From NCBI GenBank assembly GCA_963810095.1, contig CAWEMM010000002.1, positions 160,001 to 224,000 on the forward strand: a stretch of 64,000 bases of DNA, given 5' to 3'. Below the pieces are notes generated by a model. That model worked only from the letters and a program-made list of their open reading frames with translations, did no database searches and had not been told where the DNA came from. Each line of letters begins with the position of its first letter. Position 1 is the stretch's first letter. The DNA is from an uncultured Chloroflexia bacterium. Its GTDB lineage: Bacteria > Chloroflexota > Anaerolineae > CG2-30-64-16. Shown piece by piece: positions 53,746 through 62,457 of this stretch. A program made the translations under genes and the position numbers.

Positions 53746-53864
53746 GCTCGCCCTCCCCCTCCATATTGCCGCAGTGACCCCAGGAACAGCAGAGGAGTCG
53801 GGGTGAATGCCCGGTCGCCCCGCTCCTCGACGTTCCCTCTAAGCCCCTAGGGTCAGCAAGACCT

Positions 53865-55133
53865 TCAGTTACGCCATTCGCCTGTAATCGCGGCGTCGAG
53901 GCACTGGTCCACGTCGCCGAACCGCATTTTCACGCCACTGTGCATGGGCGCATAGCAGGCCATCTTGCCCGCGTTCGTCGCCATCGTCTTCACGTCCAGC
54001 ATGCGCATGGGCGCCACGACCGCGCATGTGTCGGCCACCACTTCCCCGCCGGCCGCTTCGATCGCCTGCACGTAGCCCAGCTCGGCCGCCCGCTCACGGG
54101 TAATCGCGCCAGTTGTCACCCACAGCCGCGTTGCCAGCCGCTTGCCCGCGAGATACTCTGCCACCTGCTGGATCTCCGAAAGGCTGGCGTGCGGACACCC
54201 GATGGTGACCAGGTCGATCTTGCGCAGTTCGGGGTCCGCGTCCATCACCCGGTAAGCCGTTTCCAGGCTGTCGACCACCAGGCGCCGTGCGTCCGGACGG
54301 AGCAGCGTCTCGCCGCCGTCTTTCGCCTCGGGGGTGTACCCCGCGATGTGATAAACCGCCACGGCCCCGTAAGCGGCCAGCCCCGCACCGAGCGTCTTAA
54401 GCCGGTCGCCCGCCGGGCCGCCGAGCGTGAGGTCATGGGGCAGGGGCGGCAGCGAGCCGGCCAGGTCGGCAAACCAGGGCAGGCCGCTCCCCACTGCCTT
54501 CCCCACCGTGTAGCTCAGTGCGCCGAAGTCTGCCACCGACTTCAGCGGGGCCCGCACTTCGACAACCCAGTTCGCACGCCGGTTTTCGTCCAGGTGGTAG
54601 CCGTAGCGGGCGGTCCGGCCCACGATGGCGGCCGCGATGGCGCTCGGCCCACCTTCGCGGTTGCTGCGCGCGCCGATAACCGAGTTCGCAAATGCGACGG
54701 CGCTCGACTCGGCCCAGGCGAGCGCATCTCCTCGCTGCGGCTTGTAATCGGGGAACAGGTACGGCGTGCAACTCATGGTCGGGGTCACGCCCATTTCGGC
54801 AAACGCGTCGATCACACCGAGTTGGGGTGTCGCGAAGCTTGGCTGGATGCCCCAGCCCTCCCACTTGCCCCGCTCCATGCCCATCGGGTTGAGCGTGGTG
54901 GGCACCCGCACTCGTGCGCCCTCGGCGGCCCACTGTGCCAAGAACTCCAGCCCCGCGTTGCCCAGGTTCTTGTACGAGACGCCCGCGATTTGGACGTGCC
55001 TGACGGAGACAAGGTCGGCCGCGCCGTAAATGCGCGCGAGCGCAACGACGATTTCCATCGCGCGCCGTACGCCCGGCCCGGCTTCGCCACCCAGCATGGC
55101 TTGTTCATCAGCAGTGAGGATAAGTTCTTTCAT
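53865..55133 (-). CDS. Aconitase X catalytic subunit (DUF521; phosphomevalonate dehydratase large subunit-like)
   Basis: GVSYKNLG, PTTLNP, SCTPY, WAESSAV..ANSVIGARSNREG, IGCPHAS, DTCAVV, TNAGK. Confidence 0.9.
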   Translation of the reverse strand: MKELILTADEQAMLGGEAGPGVRRAMEIVVALARIYGAADLVSVRHVQIAGVSYKNLGNAGLEFLAQWAAEGARVRVPTTLNPMGMERGKWEGWGIQPSFATPQLGVIDAFAEMGVTPTMSCTPYLFPDYKPQRGDALAWAESSAVAFANSVIGARSNREGGPSAIAAAIVGRTARYGYHLDENRRANWVVEVRAPLKSVADFGALSYTVGKAVGSGLPWFADLAGSLPPLPHDLTLGGPAGDRLKTLGAGLAAYGAVAVYHIAGYTPEAKDGGETLLRPDARRLVVDSLETAYRVMDADPELRKIDLVTIGCPHASLSEIQQVAEYLAGKRLATRLWVTTGAITRERAAELGYVQAIEAAGGEVVADTCAVVAPMRMLDVKTMATNAGKMACYAPMHSGVKMRFGDVDQCLDAAITGEWRN

Positions 55134-55304
55134 GCCGCCCATTCTAGCATGACATGGACTGATGTAAAGGAAGCCAGCTATCAGCAGTGCAGAATTGGAA
55201 GCAGAAACACTATACAAACCATATACATATGCTATATTTCAAATCAAGTTTGTCAAATGTTAGTTGAAGCGGCAAACAGACTTCAGAGAAGGAGCTACTG
55301 AACG

Positions 55305-56120
55305 ATGAATCGGAAGAAGTTCTACTCGATCATGGTCCTTGCGACGGCCGTGGCACTGCTTGCTACGACTGCGGTCACCTTTGCAGCTGATAACGCCCGT
55401 GTGCGGGTGGTGCATGCTTCCCCTGATGCGCCCGCGGTTGACGTGCTGGTGAACGAACAACCCGCCTTCACTAATCTTGCTTTCAAGGCTGTGGCGCCCT
55501 ATGCGGCACTGCCCGCAGGTTCGTATGGCGTCGCGGTGGTTCCGACTGGGAAGACCGAGCCGAAGGTCATCACCGCTACCCTGCCGCTTGATGCCGGCAA
55601 GGACTACACCGTCATTGCGCTGAATACCCTGGCTAACATCGAGCCACTCGTGCTGACCGACAACAACTCGGCGCCTGCCGACGGCAAAGCGCACGTCCGC
55701 TTCGTGCATGCCTCACCGGATGCGCCGGCCGTGGATGTGGCCGTGAAGGGCGGGCCCGTGATCTTCTCGAACGTAGCGTTCAAGGGCGTCGGTGACTACA
55801 CGCCGGTTGACGCCGGCACGTACGATCTTGAAGTCCGCCTGGCGGGGACGAACACCGTCGCCCTGGAAGTACCCAACGTGACCCTCAGCAACGGCTCCGT
55901 CTACACGGTCTTTGCGATGGGGTTGGCGGCCGGCCAGCCGGCGCTGACTGCAGTCCTCAGCGAGGACGCCAAGGCGCAGGCGGCTACGAGTGCCGCTTCT
56001 CCCGCAAGCCTGCCTGCCACGGGCGGCAACAACTGGCTGCTGGTTATGCTGGCGACGGGCGCAGCACTCCTGATCGTCGGCGGAGTCCAGCGACTGTCGA
56101 CTGCAACCCAGAAGCGCTAA
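55305..56120 (+). CDS. DUF4397-like secreted protein with C-terminal LPxTG sorting signal
   Basis: Two VRxVHASPDAPAVDV repeats; LPATG + TM + basic tail; AAGGAG RBS. Confidence 0.88.
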   Translation: MNRKKFYSIMVLATAVALLATTAVTFAADNARVRVVHASPDAPAVDVLVNEQPAFTNLAFKAVAPYAALPAGSYGVAVVPTGKTEPKVITATLPLDAGKDYTVIALNTLANIEPLVLTDNNSAPADGKAHVRFVHASPDAPAVDVAVKGGPVIFSNVAFKGVGDYTPVDAGTYDLEVRLAGTNTVALEVPNVTLSNGSVYTVFAMGLAAGQPALTAVLSEDAKAQAATSAASPASLPATGGNNWLLVMLATGAALLIVGGVQRLSTATQKR

Positions 56121-56173
56121 CTGCGTACTACCTGGTGACGACGAGATAGTTTTCTCCTCCTTGTGGTGTGGGT

Positions 56174-56210
56174 GAGAGGGTCGGAAGGGGCGCCGGCCCT
56201 CTCATCGTTT
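56174..56210 (+). terminator. Hairpin after the DUF4397 gene
   Basis: GAGAGGGTCGG...CCGGCCCTCTC. Confidence 0.5.
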
Positions 56211-56355
56211 AAAGCATGGTCGGCCTTCCTTATCGGACGTCAAGCGGGCGATCGCTGCGCTTCGCGCGACACGGTGGGACGGTGCGCAGAGTGCCACGGC
56301 CACGCGGTCGAACGATGGTCCCGACCCACTCGTCAATACATAAATCGAGCGTTGT

Positions 56356-56385
56356 TTGACAGCGAATGGCACGAACGACTATACT
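56356..56385 (+). promoter_or_regulatory. Near-consensus sigma70-type promoter
   Basis: TTGACA-18nt-TATACT. Confidence 0.7.
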
Positions 56386-56419
56386 TGTACAAGTTTTTAC
56401 GCTCGAAGGAACTGATTCG

Positions 56420-56539
56420 ATGGCCCGAAAGAAGACCCCGCGCCGCGACTGGCGGATGACCCTGTTCTTGGCGATTTCCCTGATCATCATCGTCTCGATG
56501 GTTTTGGGTTCGTTCATAATGGCCGCCAACATAAAGTAA
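56420..56539 (+). CDS. Small 39-aa single-TM protein
   Basis: GAAGGA RBS; MARKKTPRRDWRMTLFLAISLIIIVSMVLGSFIMAANIK*; 3 nt before the next gene; below the ORF-track cutoff. Confidence 0.75.
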   Translation: MARKKTPRRDWRMTLFLAISLIIIVSMVLGSFIMAANIK

Positions 56540-56542
56540 GGG

Positions 56543-57427
56543 ATGGCGCAACCGGTAGAAGGTTCTGAACCGGCCGCGGGTGCTCGCAGCGGGGTTTTGC
56601 TGGCGCTCGCGGCCGTCGTCATGTTCAGCACCAGCCCGGTATTCGTGCTGTTGGCGCGGCCGCTCAGCCCGTACGAGATCACGTTTGGGCGGCTGGCCAT
56701 CGCAGCCTTGCTTGTGATCGCGCTCGGCCGGCGCAGCGGACAGGCACTGTTGCCTGCCCGGATGCACCTGCCGATCTTTGTCGTATTTGGCCTCATCACC
56801 GCCGTCCACTTTCTCAGCTACATCGCATCGCTTAACTATACGACGATCGCGCACTCGCTGGCCCTCGTCTACACTGCGCCGATCTTCGTGACGCTCTTCT
56901 CGGCGTGGTTCCTGAGAGAACGCATCACCCGGCGCAAGTGGTTGGGCGTGCTGGTGGTAGTTGTGGGGATCGCGGTGCTGGCGGGGTTCGAGCCGCGCTG
57001 GAGCGACCAGATGTTGCTCGGCGACCTGCTGGCCCTCGTCTCGGCGATTACGTTCGGCCTGTACTCGGTCGCCGGGCGCTCGCAGCGTGAGCGTTACGGC
57101 CTGTTTACCTACACCGGCACCGTGTACGGCTTCGGGGCGTTGTGGGCGCTGCCCGCGGCGCTGTTGTTCCTGTCGCCCGCGGGTTACAATCCTAAGTCGC
57201 TGCTGGCGCTGCTGCTGGCGGGGTTGATTCCCCTGGGGCTGGGGCACACGTTTTACAATGCGGCGCTGCGGCGGACGCATGCGACGACAGTTAATCTCAT
57301 CGCCACTCAGGAAGTCGTGGGCGGCATTCTGCTGGGCGCGCTGTTCTTGAACCAGATGCCCCAGCCGAACGAAATCGCCGGCGCGCTGATTGCGCTGGCC
57401 GGCATTGCATTAGTATTGAAGTCGTAG
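56543..57427 (+). CDS. DMT/EamA family transporter
   Basis: 10 TM in two repeats; YTAPIFVTL..LRERIT, GDLLAL, LGHTFYN. Confidence 0.92.
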   Translation: MAQPVEGSEPAAGARSGVLLALAAVVMFSTSPVFVLLARPLSPYEITFGRLAIAALLVIALGRRSGQALLPARMHLPIFVVFGLITAVHFLSYIASLNYTTIAHSLALVYTAPIFVTLFSAWFLRERITRRKWLGVLVVVVGIAVLAGFEPRWSDQMLLGDLLALVSAITFGLYSVAGRSQRERYGLFTYTGTVYGFGALWALPAALLFLSPAGYNPKSLLALLLAGLIPLGLGHTFYNAALRRTHATTVNLIATQEVVGGILLGALFLNQMPQPNEIAGALIALAGIALVLKS

Positions 57428-57465
57428 AGGCGAGGCCGGATGCCTCGCCCTTACCAGAAGGATTT

Positions 57466-57780
57466 GTGTCTGTGGCGAAACCAGTTGATTGCCCGTACTT
57501 TTTTGGAGACTATCATCGCGGCCGGGACATCGAGAAGTGCCGGTTGATCGAACGCAACCCGGAAAACACCCGGCCGTGGAAGCGGCCGCTTTGCGACACC
57601 TGCCCGGTGCCCGGCATCCTGCGCCGCACGACCTGCAAGGACCTGGCCCTGGAGGGGTCCGTCGTGAAGAAGATGCTGCTGCTGGAACGCGTCGAGGTGT
57701 ACGCGGTCTGCCTCGAGCATGTCGCGGAGCTAAAAGATCCCAACCACTGCCCGCAGTGCGAGGCTGAAAGCACCGGTTAA
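57466..57780 (+). CDS. Cys-rich small hypothetical protein (probable metal binding)
   Basis: CPYF, CDTC, C..H, CPQC; AGAAGGA RBS. Confidence 0.75.
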   Translation: MSVAKPVDCPYFFGDYHRGRDIEKCRLIERNPENTRPWKRPLCDTCPVPGILRRTTCKDLALEGSVVKKMLLLERVEVYAVCLEHVAELKDPNHCPQCEAESTG

Positions 57781-57844
57781 CCACAAAGACACGAAGGCAC
57801 AGAGGCCCACAAAGGTGACGCTGTGAACTTCGTGTCTCTGTAGT
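57778..57844. repeat. Intergenic palindromic repeat, family A
   Basis: CCACAAAGACACGAAG ... CTTCGTGTCTCTGTAG. Confidence 0.7.
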
Positions 57845-58944
57845 CAGAGCGCCTTTAGCGCCTCGACAAAGTTCCTTCGCCCCAACCCCACCCGAAAGTG
57901 TCCCGGCATATCGAACATCTCTCCCGGCGCGATCATCACCCCGCGCTCGCGCACGGCCGCGTCCGCAAATTCCAGGGACGACCCCGGCAGCCGTAGCCGC
58001 GGGAACGCGACCGGCCCAGCCAGCGGGGCAAGCCACTCAAACGCGTCCGGCCGGCTGGCAAACCAACGCTCGGCATGGTCGACGTTCGACCGCACAATTT
58101 GCCGGTTGCGCGCCACGATGCGGGCCATGGCCCGCAGGGCCACGATGCTGAGCACCTCGCTCGGCGCGCTGCTGCAGATCGTCGTGTAATCCTTCATCTC
58201 GCCGGCCCTGCGTAGAAGCTCGCTATCGCGCGTCGCCAGCCAGCCGGTGCGCAGGCCGGGCAGCCCGAAGGATTTGGACAGGCCCGACAGCGTCACTGCC
58301 TTCTCGTAAGTTTCACACGCTGACGGCAGCCGCTGCGCCTCGTCGTACTCCAGCCCGCGGTACATTTCGTCGGAGAAGAGCGTGATGCCGTGCTCTTCCG
58401 CAGTGCCAACGATGCTGTGCCAGGTCTCATGCTCGGGCAGGTAACCCGTGGGATTGTGCGGGAAGTTGACGGTGATCAACTTCGTGCGGCTCGTGATCAA
58501 TTCGTGCAACTCGTCCGGGTCAAGGCGCCATGCGCCGTTCTCGGCGTGCAGCTGCCACCGCTCAATCTGGCACCCGAGCGAACGGGCGATTTCTTCGAGC
58601 GATTGGTAACACGGCCACGTCAGCACGACCTCGTCGCCCGGCTCGAGCAGCGCGTGCATCAGGATGAAGATGGCTTCTTCGGGTGCGGCGACCAGCACGT
58701 CAGCGGCCTCCACCCCCGCATACAGCTCGGCGATCTGCTCGCGCAGCAGCGGGTGGCCTGCAGATTCCGTATAGCCCAGCCATAGCCGTTCCCACAGCCC
58801 CCGCGTTTCCTCGTCGGCCAGGGCCAGCAACTCGGGCAGCGTCATGCTCTCGCAGTCCGACGCGCTCAGCAGGTGCCGGGCAGTGAACTCGTGCTCGGCA
58901 AAATAGCGTTCCAGCTTGAAAGTTTTGAGCTGCATGTCACTCAC
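57844..58944 (-). CDS. Class I/II PLP-dependent aminotransferase
   Basis: NFPHNPTG, SDEMY, SGLSKSFGLPGLRTGW, FRVGLG. Confidence 0.92.
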   Translation of the reverse strand: MSDMQLKTFKLERYFAEHEFTARHLLSASDCESMTLPELLALADEETRGLWERLWLGYTESAGHPLLREQIAELYAGVEAADVLVAAPEEAIFILMHALLEPGDEVVLTWPCYQSLEEIARSLGCQIERWQLHAENGAWRLDPDELHELITSRTKLITVNFPHNPTGYLPEHETWHSIVGTAEEHGITLFSDEMYRGLEYDEAQRLPSACETYEKAVTLSGLSKSFGLPGLRTGWLATRDSELLRRAGEMKDYTTICSSAPSEVLSIVALRAMARIVARNRQIVRSNVDHAERWFASRPDAFEWLAPLAGPVAFPRLRLPGSSLEFADAAVRERGVMIAPGEMFDMPGHFRVGLGRRNFVEALKAL

Positions 58945-58947
58945 TTC

Positions 58948-59016
58948 TTAACACAAAGACACAAAGCCACAAGGATTAGCAGCGCCCTCGTGTCTTTGTG
59001 TCTTCGTGTTTTCGTT
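58948..59016. repeat. Intergenic palindromic repeat, family A
   Basis: AACACAAAGACACAAAGCCACAAGG ... CCTCGTGTCTTTGTGTCTTCGTGTT. Confidence 0.72.
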
Positions 59017-59019
59017 CGA

Positions 59020-61062
59020 TTACTGGCCTAGCAGACCATCCAGCGTCTGGCTGAACTGCTGGAAGGGCAGCGCGCCTGAGAGCGGCGTTGGGCTGCCCGT
59101 CTCCTTGCCGTCCTGCATCTTGTACAGGAAGAATGCCGGGGTGCCGCGCACGCCGAGGGCGGCCCCGTCCTTCATGTCCTTGTCGAGCTGCGCCTGGGTC
59201 TTCGGATCGGCGATACAGGCGTCATACTTCGCCCCGTCGGCGCCAAGTGCAACGGCCTGGGTGCGGAATTGCGCCGCGGCCTCATTCGTCCCCAGCCCTT
59301 GCCACGAGTTTTGATTCTCGAACAGCCAGTCGTGCATCTCCCAGAACAGTTTCGGGTCCTGGTCGCCCGTGCAGAGCCCGGCCTTCGCCGCGCCCGGCGC
59401 GTTCGGATGGATGTCGAGCGGGAAGTTCCGATAAACCTGTACTACTTTGCCCGTTTTCATGTACGCTTCATACAGAAGCGGTTCCGTCTGCTGCGCATGA
59501 CGGCCACAGAACGGTCACTGGAAGTCCGAGAAGTCGACGAGCTTCACCGGCGCATTCGGATCACCCCGGTAGAAGTTCCCGTCCGCATCCCGTCCCACCT
59601 GCAGGCTCGCCAACTCAGACTTTGAGATCGAAGGCGGCGGGGTGGGCGTGGGCGTCGGCGGGACCGAGATGTCCTTGACTGCCTGGATGAACTGGTCCAG
59701 CGTCACCGCACCTACCAGGGGCTTCGAGTTCTCGGGCTTGCCCTCTGCGTTCAGCTTCAGCAGCAGGTACGCGGGCGCCTGGGGCACCCCGATGTCCTTC
59801 TGGCTGAAGGCAGTGTAGTTGTCGATGGTCGCCTGGGTCTTCTCGTCCTTCAGGCACGCGGTGAAGGCCGCTTCGTCCAGGCCGAGGCTCTTGGCGTAGG
59901 CCTGCATGGCCGCGTCGTCGCCCTCTTGCCACTCCGCCTGCTTGGTCAGGAGCAGGTCTCGGAACTCGAAGTATTTGCCCTGTTGGCCGGCGCAGTAGGT
60001 TGCGATGGCCGCCTTGGGCGATGCCAACGCAAAGATCTGCGAGACGAAGCGCACCTGGCCCTTGTCGATGAAATCGGACTTCAGCTGCGGCTGCACGTTC
60101 TTGGCGAACTCGGCGGAATCGGGGCTCTTGAAATCCTCGAACGCCAGGATGACGACCGGCGCTTTCGCGTCGCCCAGGTAGAAGCTGCCGTCGAAGTTGC
60201 GGCCGGCCCGCTGCGGATCCGTCTGCCAGAACTCAACGCCCTGGGGCAGCGGCGTAGGCGAGGGCGGCGGCTTCTGGCCGGCTTTCGCCTTCGCGATGTA
60301 GCTATCGAACTCCTCCACAGGCAGCGCGCCCAGGACGAGCCAGTCGTTGATGTAGAACGATGGGGTGCTCTGGACGCCAAGCTGCTGCGCGGCCTGGGTC
60401 TCCTGCTGCACCTTCTGTGTGTACTTGCCCGAGTCCAGGCACTGGTCGAAATCGGCCGTCTTCAGGCCGAGGTCCTTGGCGAATCCCTTCAGCTTGTCCT
60501 TGGCAAATGCGCCTTGGTTCTCGCCGTTCTGGCTCTCGAACAGCTTGTCGTGATACTGCCAGAATTGTCCCTGGTCGCCCGCGCACTCGCTGGCTTCCGC
60601 GGCCCACTGGGACTCTTCGCCCAGGAAGGCCATGTGCATGTAACCGAACCGAACATCACCCGACTTGACGTACTTTTCCTCGATCTGGCGACCCGCGCCA
60701 GTGGCCCAGCGGCCGCAGAACGGTCACTGGAAGTCGCTGATCTCGATAATGGCGACCTTTGCGTTGGGGTCACCTTTCCAGTGCGTCGTATACTTCGCAG
60801 CGGGGTTGATGCCCGCCGAGGCACCGGCTTCCTGGCTCCCCGGCTCGGCGGTGCCTGCCGGTACGACCGGGCCGGTGGCCGTGGTTGCCTGGGGCCCGGG
60901 CTGCACGGTTGCGCCGGGGGTCGTTTGCGCAGCCGCCGTGGGGGCCGGCGCGCTGGGCGGCGCGGTGCAGGCTGCCACCAGCAGCGCGACCACCAGCAAG
61001 CCCGCGGCCAGGGTGCCCCGGCCGGCCTGCCTGAGCCTGGCACGAGACTGGGTTTTCCTCAT
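59020..61062 (-). CDS. Triple DsbA/thioredoxin-domain lipoprotein, predicted selenoprotein with two Sec (U113, U516), 680 aa
   Basis: ORFs 60724-61065, 59515-60639 and 59020-59460 are in one frame, separated only by TGA at 60724-60726 and 59515-59517, both in SDFQ-TGA-PFCG; lipobox LVAAC; AAGGAGG RBS. Confidence 0.9.
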
Positions 61063-61113
61063 CAAGTCCTCCTTTTGGACTGGGCGGGCGCCGAGCAGGG
61101 CAGAGCGCCGCCA

Positions 61114-62290
61114 TCAATACACAAACTCGCGGATATCATAGCGCGCCAACTGGGGCCCGCTTTCGCCGGCCCGCCCGAGCGCCGCTCGCAGCGCCGCTTC
61201 CTGCGCCAGCGTGTCCTGGGCCGAGAGCGCTTGCACGCCGGCCTGCTGCGCGAGCGCGCCGTATTCAGAACCGGGTTGCTCGAAGAACGGCGAGAAGTAG
61301 ACGATGTCGCCGGTTCCCAGCGGCATTGCGGCGAGCGCCTCCACCGTGTAACGCACATGGTTGGGCGCAAAGCGTCCACCGCCAATGCCGGTCATCACGA
61401 TCACGCTGACCGCGACGCCGGCCGCCTTCAGCGTGCCGACGGCGTCGACCACGTCGGCGGCCGACCCGGGCTTGCGCAGAAATTGCAGCAGCTCGTCGTC
61501 GCCGCTCTCCATGCCGATGTAGACCCGACGCAAACCCCGACCGGCCAGTTCCGCCCACTCTGCCGTAGACTTCCTGCCCACGTCAAACGCGTCGATAAAT
61601 GAGAAGACGCCCCCCGGCCGGCGCACGCCCGCGGCATCGATCACGTCCAACCACTCGCGAATGCGGGGCATGGGTGCGACCAGGGCGTTCGCGTCGGCCA
61701 GAAAAAGCGACTTGCGCAGGCCGGCGGCCGGGCCAAAAAACGCCTGCACATCGGCGACATGTCGCTTCAGCTCGTCCGCGCTTTTTATGCGGAACGGCCG
61801 CCCGCGATAGAAATCGCAGAACGTACACCTGTTATACGAACAGCCCTCTGTCGCCTGGATCACCAGCGCCAGGTATTGGTCGGGTGGCAGGATGCTGACG
61901 GGCCGGTAGATGCGGGTAAACTCGCGCGCGTCCTCGGTCAGCCGCTCGGGCGTCCACCCTGTCAGAACGTCGAGCCGGCGGTCATTCAGGGATAGGGCCG
62001 CCGCTTCGGCCAGCGCATACACTTCCCGCACAAACCGGCCCGCCTCGCCGGCCGCCAACCACCGGCGCTCGCGCCCCTGCGCGCCCGGCCACTTGCGCAG
62101 CACGCGGCCGTCTCAGCGCGCGGCGATAGTTGTAGCCGTCGACAAACGCGCCGACCAATCGCCCGGCGAGGTCGAAGGAGTAGCTCGGCTGCTCATCCCC
62201 GACAAGGACGTTAATCGCGACGGGCCGCAGCCGCACGGCCACCGGCCCGTAACCTGGTAAGGTGCAGTTAAATATCTCCGTGGGCATCAT
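61114..62290 (-). CDS. Radical SAM protein; frameshift near 62108
   Basis: QATEGCSYNRCTFC (CxxxCxxC), FLADANAL, YIGMESG; N-terminal part in ORF 61982-62290. Confidence 0.88.
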
Positions 62291-62343
62291 CCGACCCTGT
62301 GACAGACAGTCGGGCTATTATAAACGAAGCAGTCTAAATATCC

Positions 62344-62370
62344 AACCGGGTTTCTCAGACGAACCCGGTT
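62344..62370. repeat. REP-like inverted repeat, family B
   Basis: AACCGGGTTTCT...GAACCCGGTT. Confidence 0.6.
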
Positions 62371-62457
62371 CGTTAACGGTGGACGCGCGCATGTAGTCTG
62401 AAAATCGAATACATCCTGCATCTCATGGTATAATGGCCGCTTGGAGTATCAGGGATC

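Noticed and set aside
55140-55300. AT-rich patch as horizontally acquired DNA
   Set aside because: Short divergent promoter region with -10-like boxes; flanking genes look native
59515-60726. Alternative genetic code (UGA=Trp/Gly) or nonsense pseudogene
   Set aside because: TGA is a normal stop for many genes here and Trp uses TGG; two independent nonsense changes at the same catalytic Cys position are unlikely
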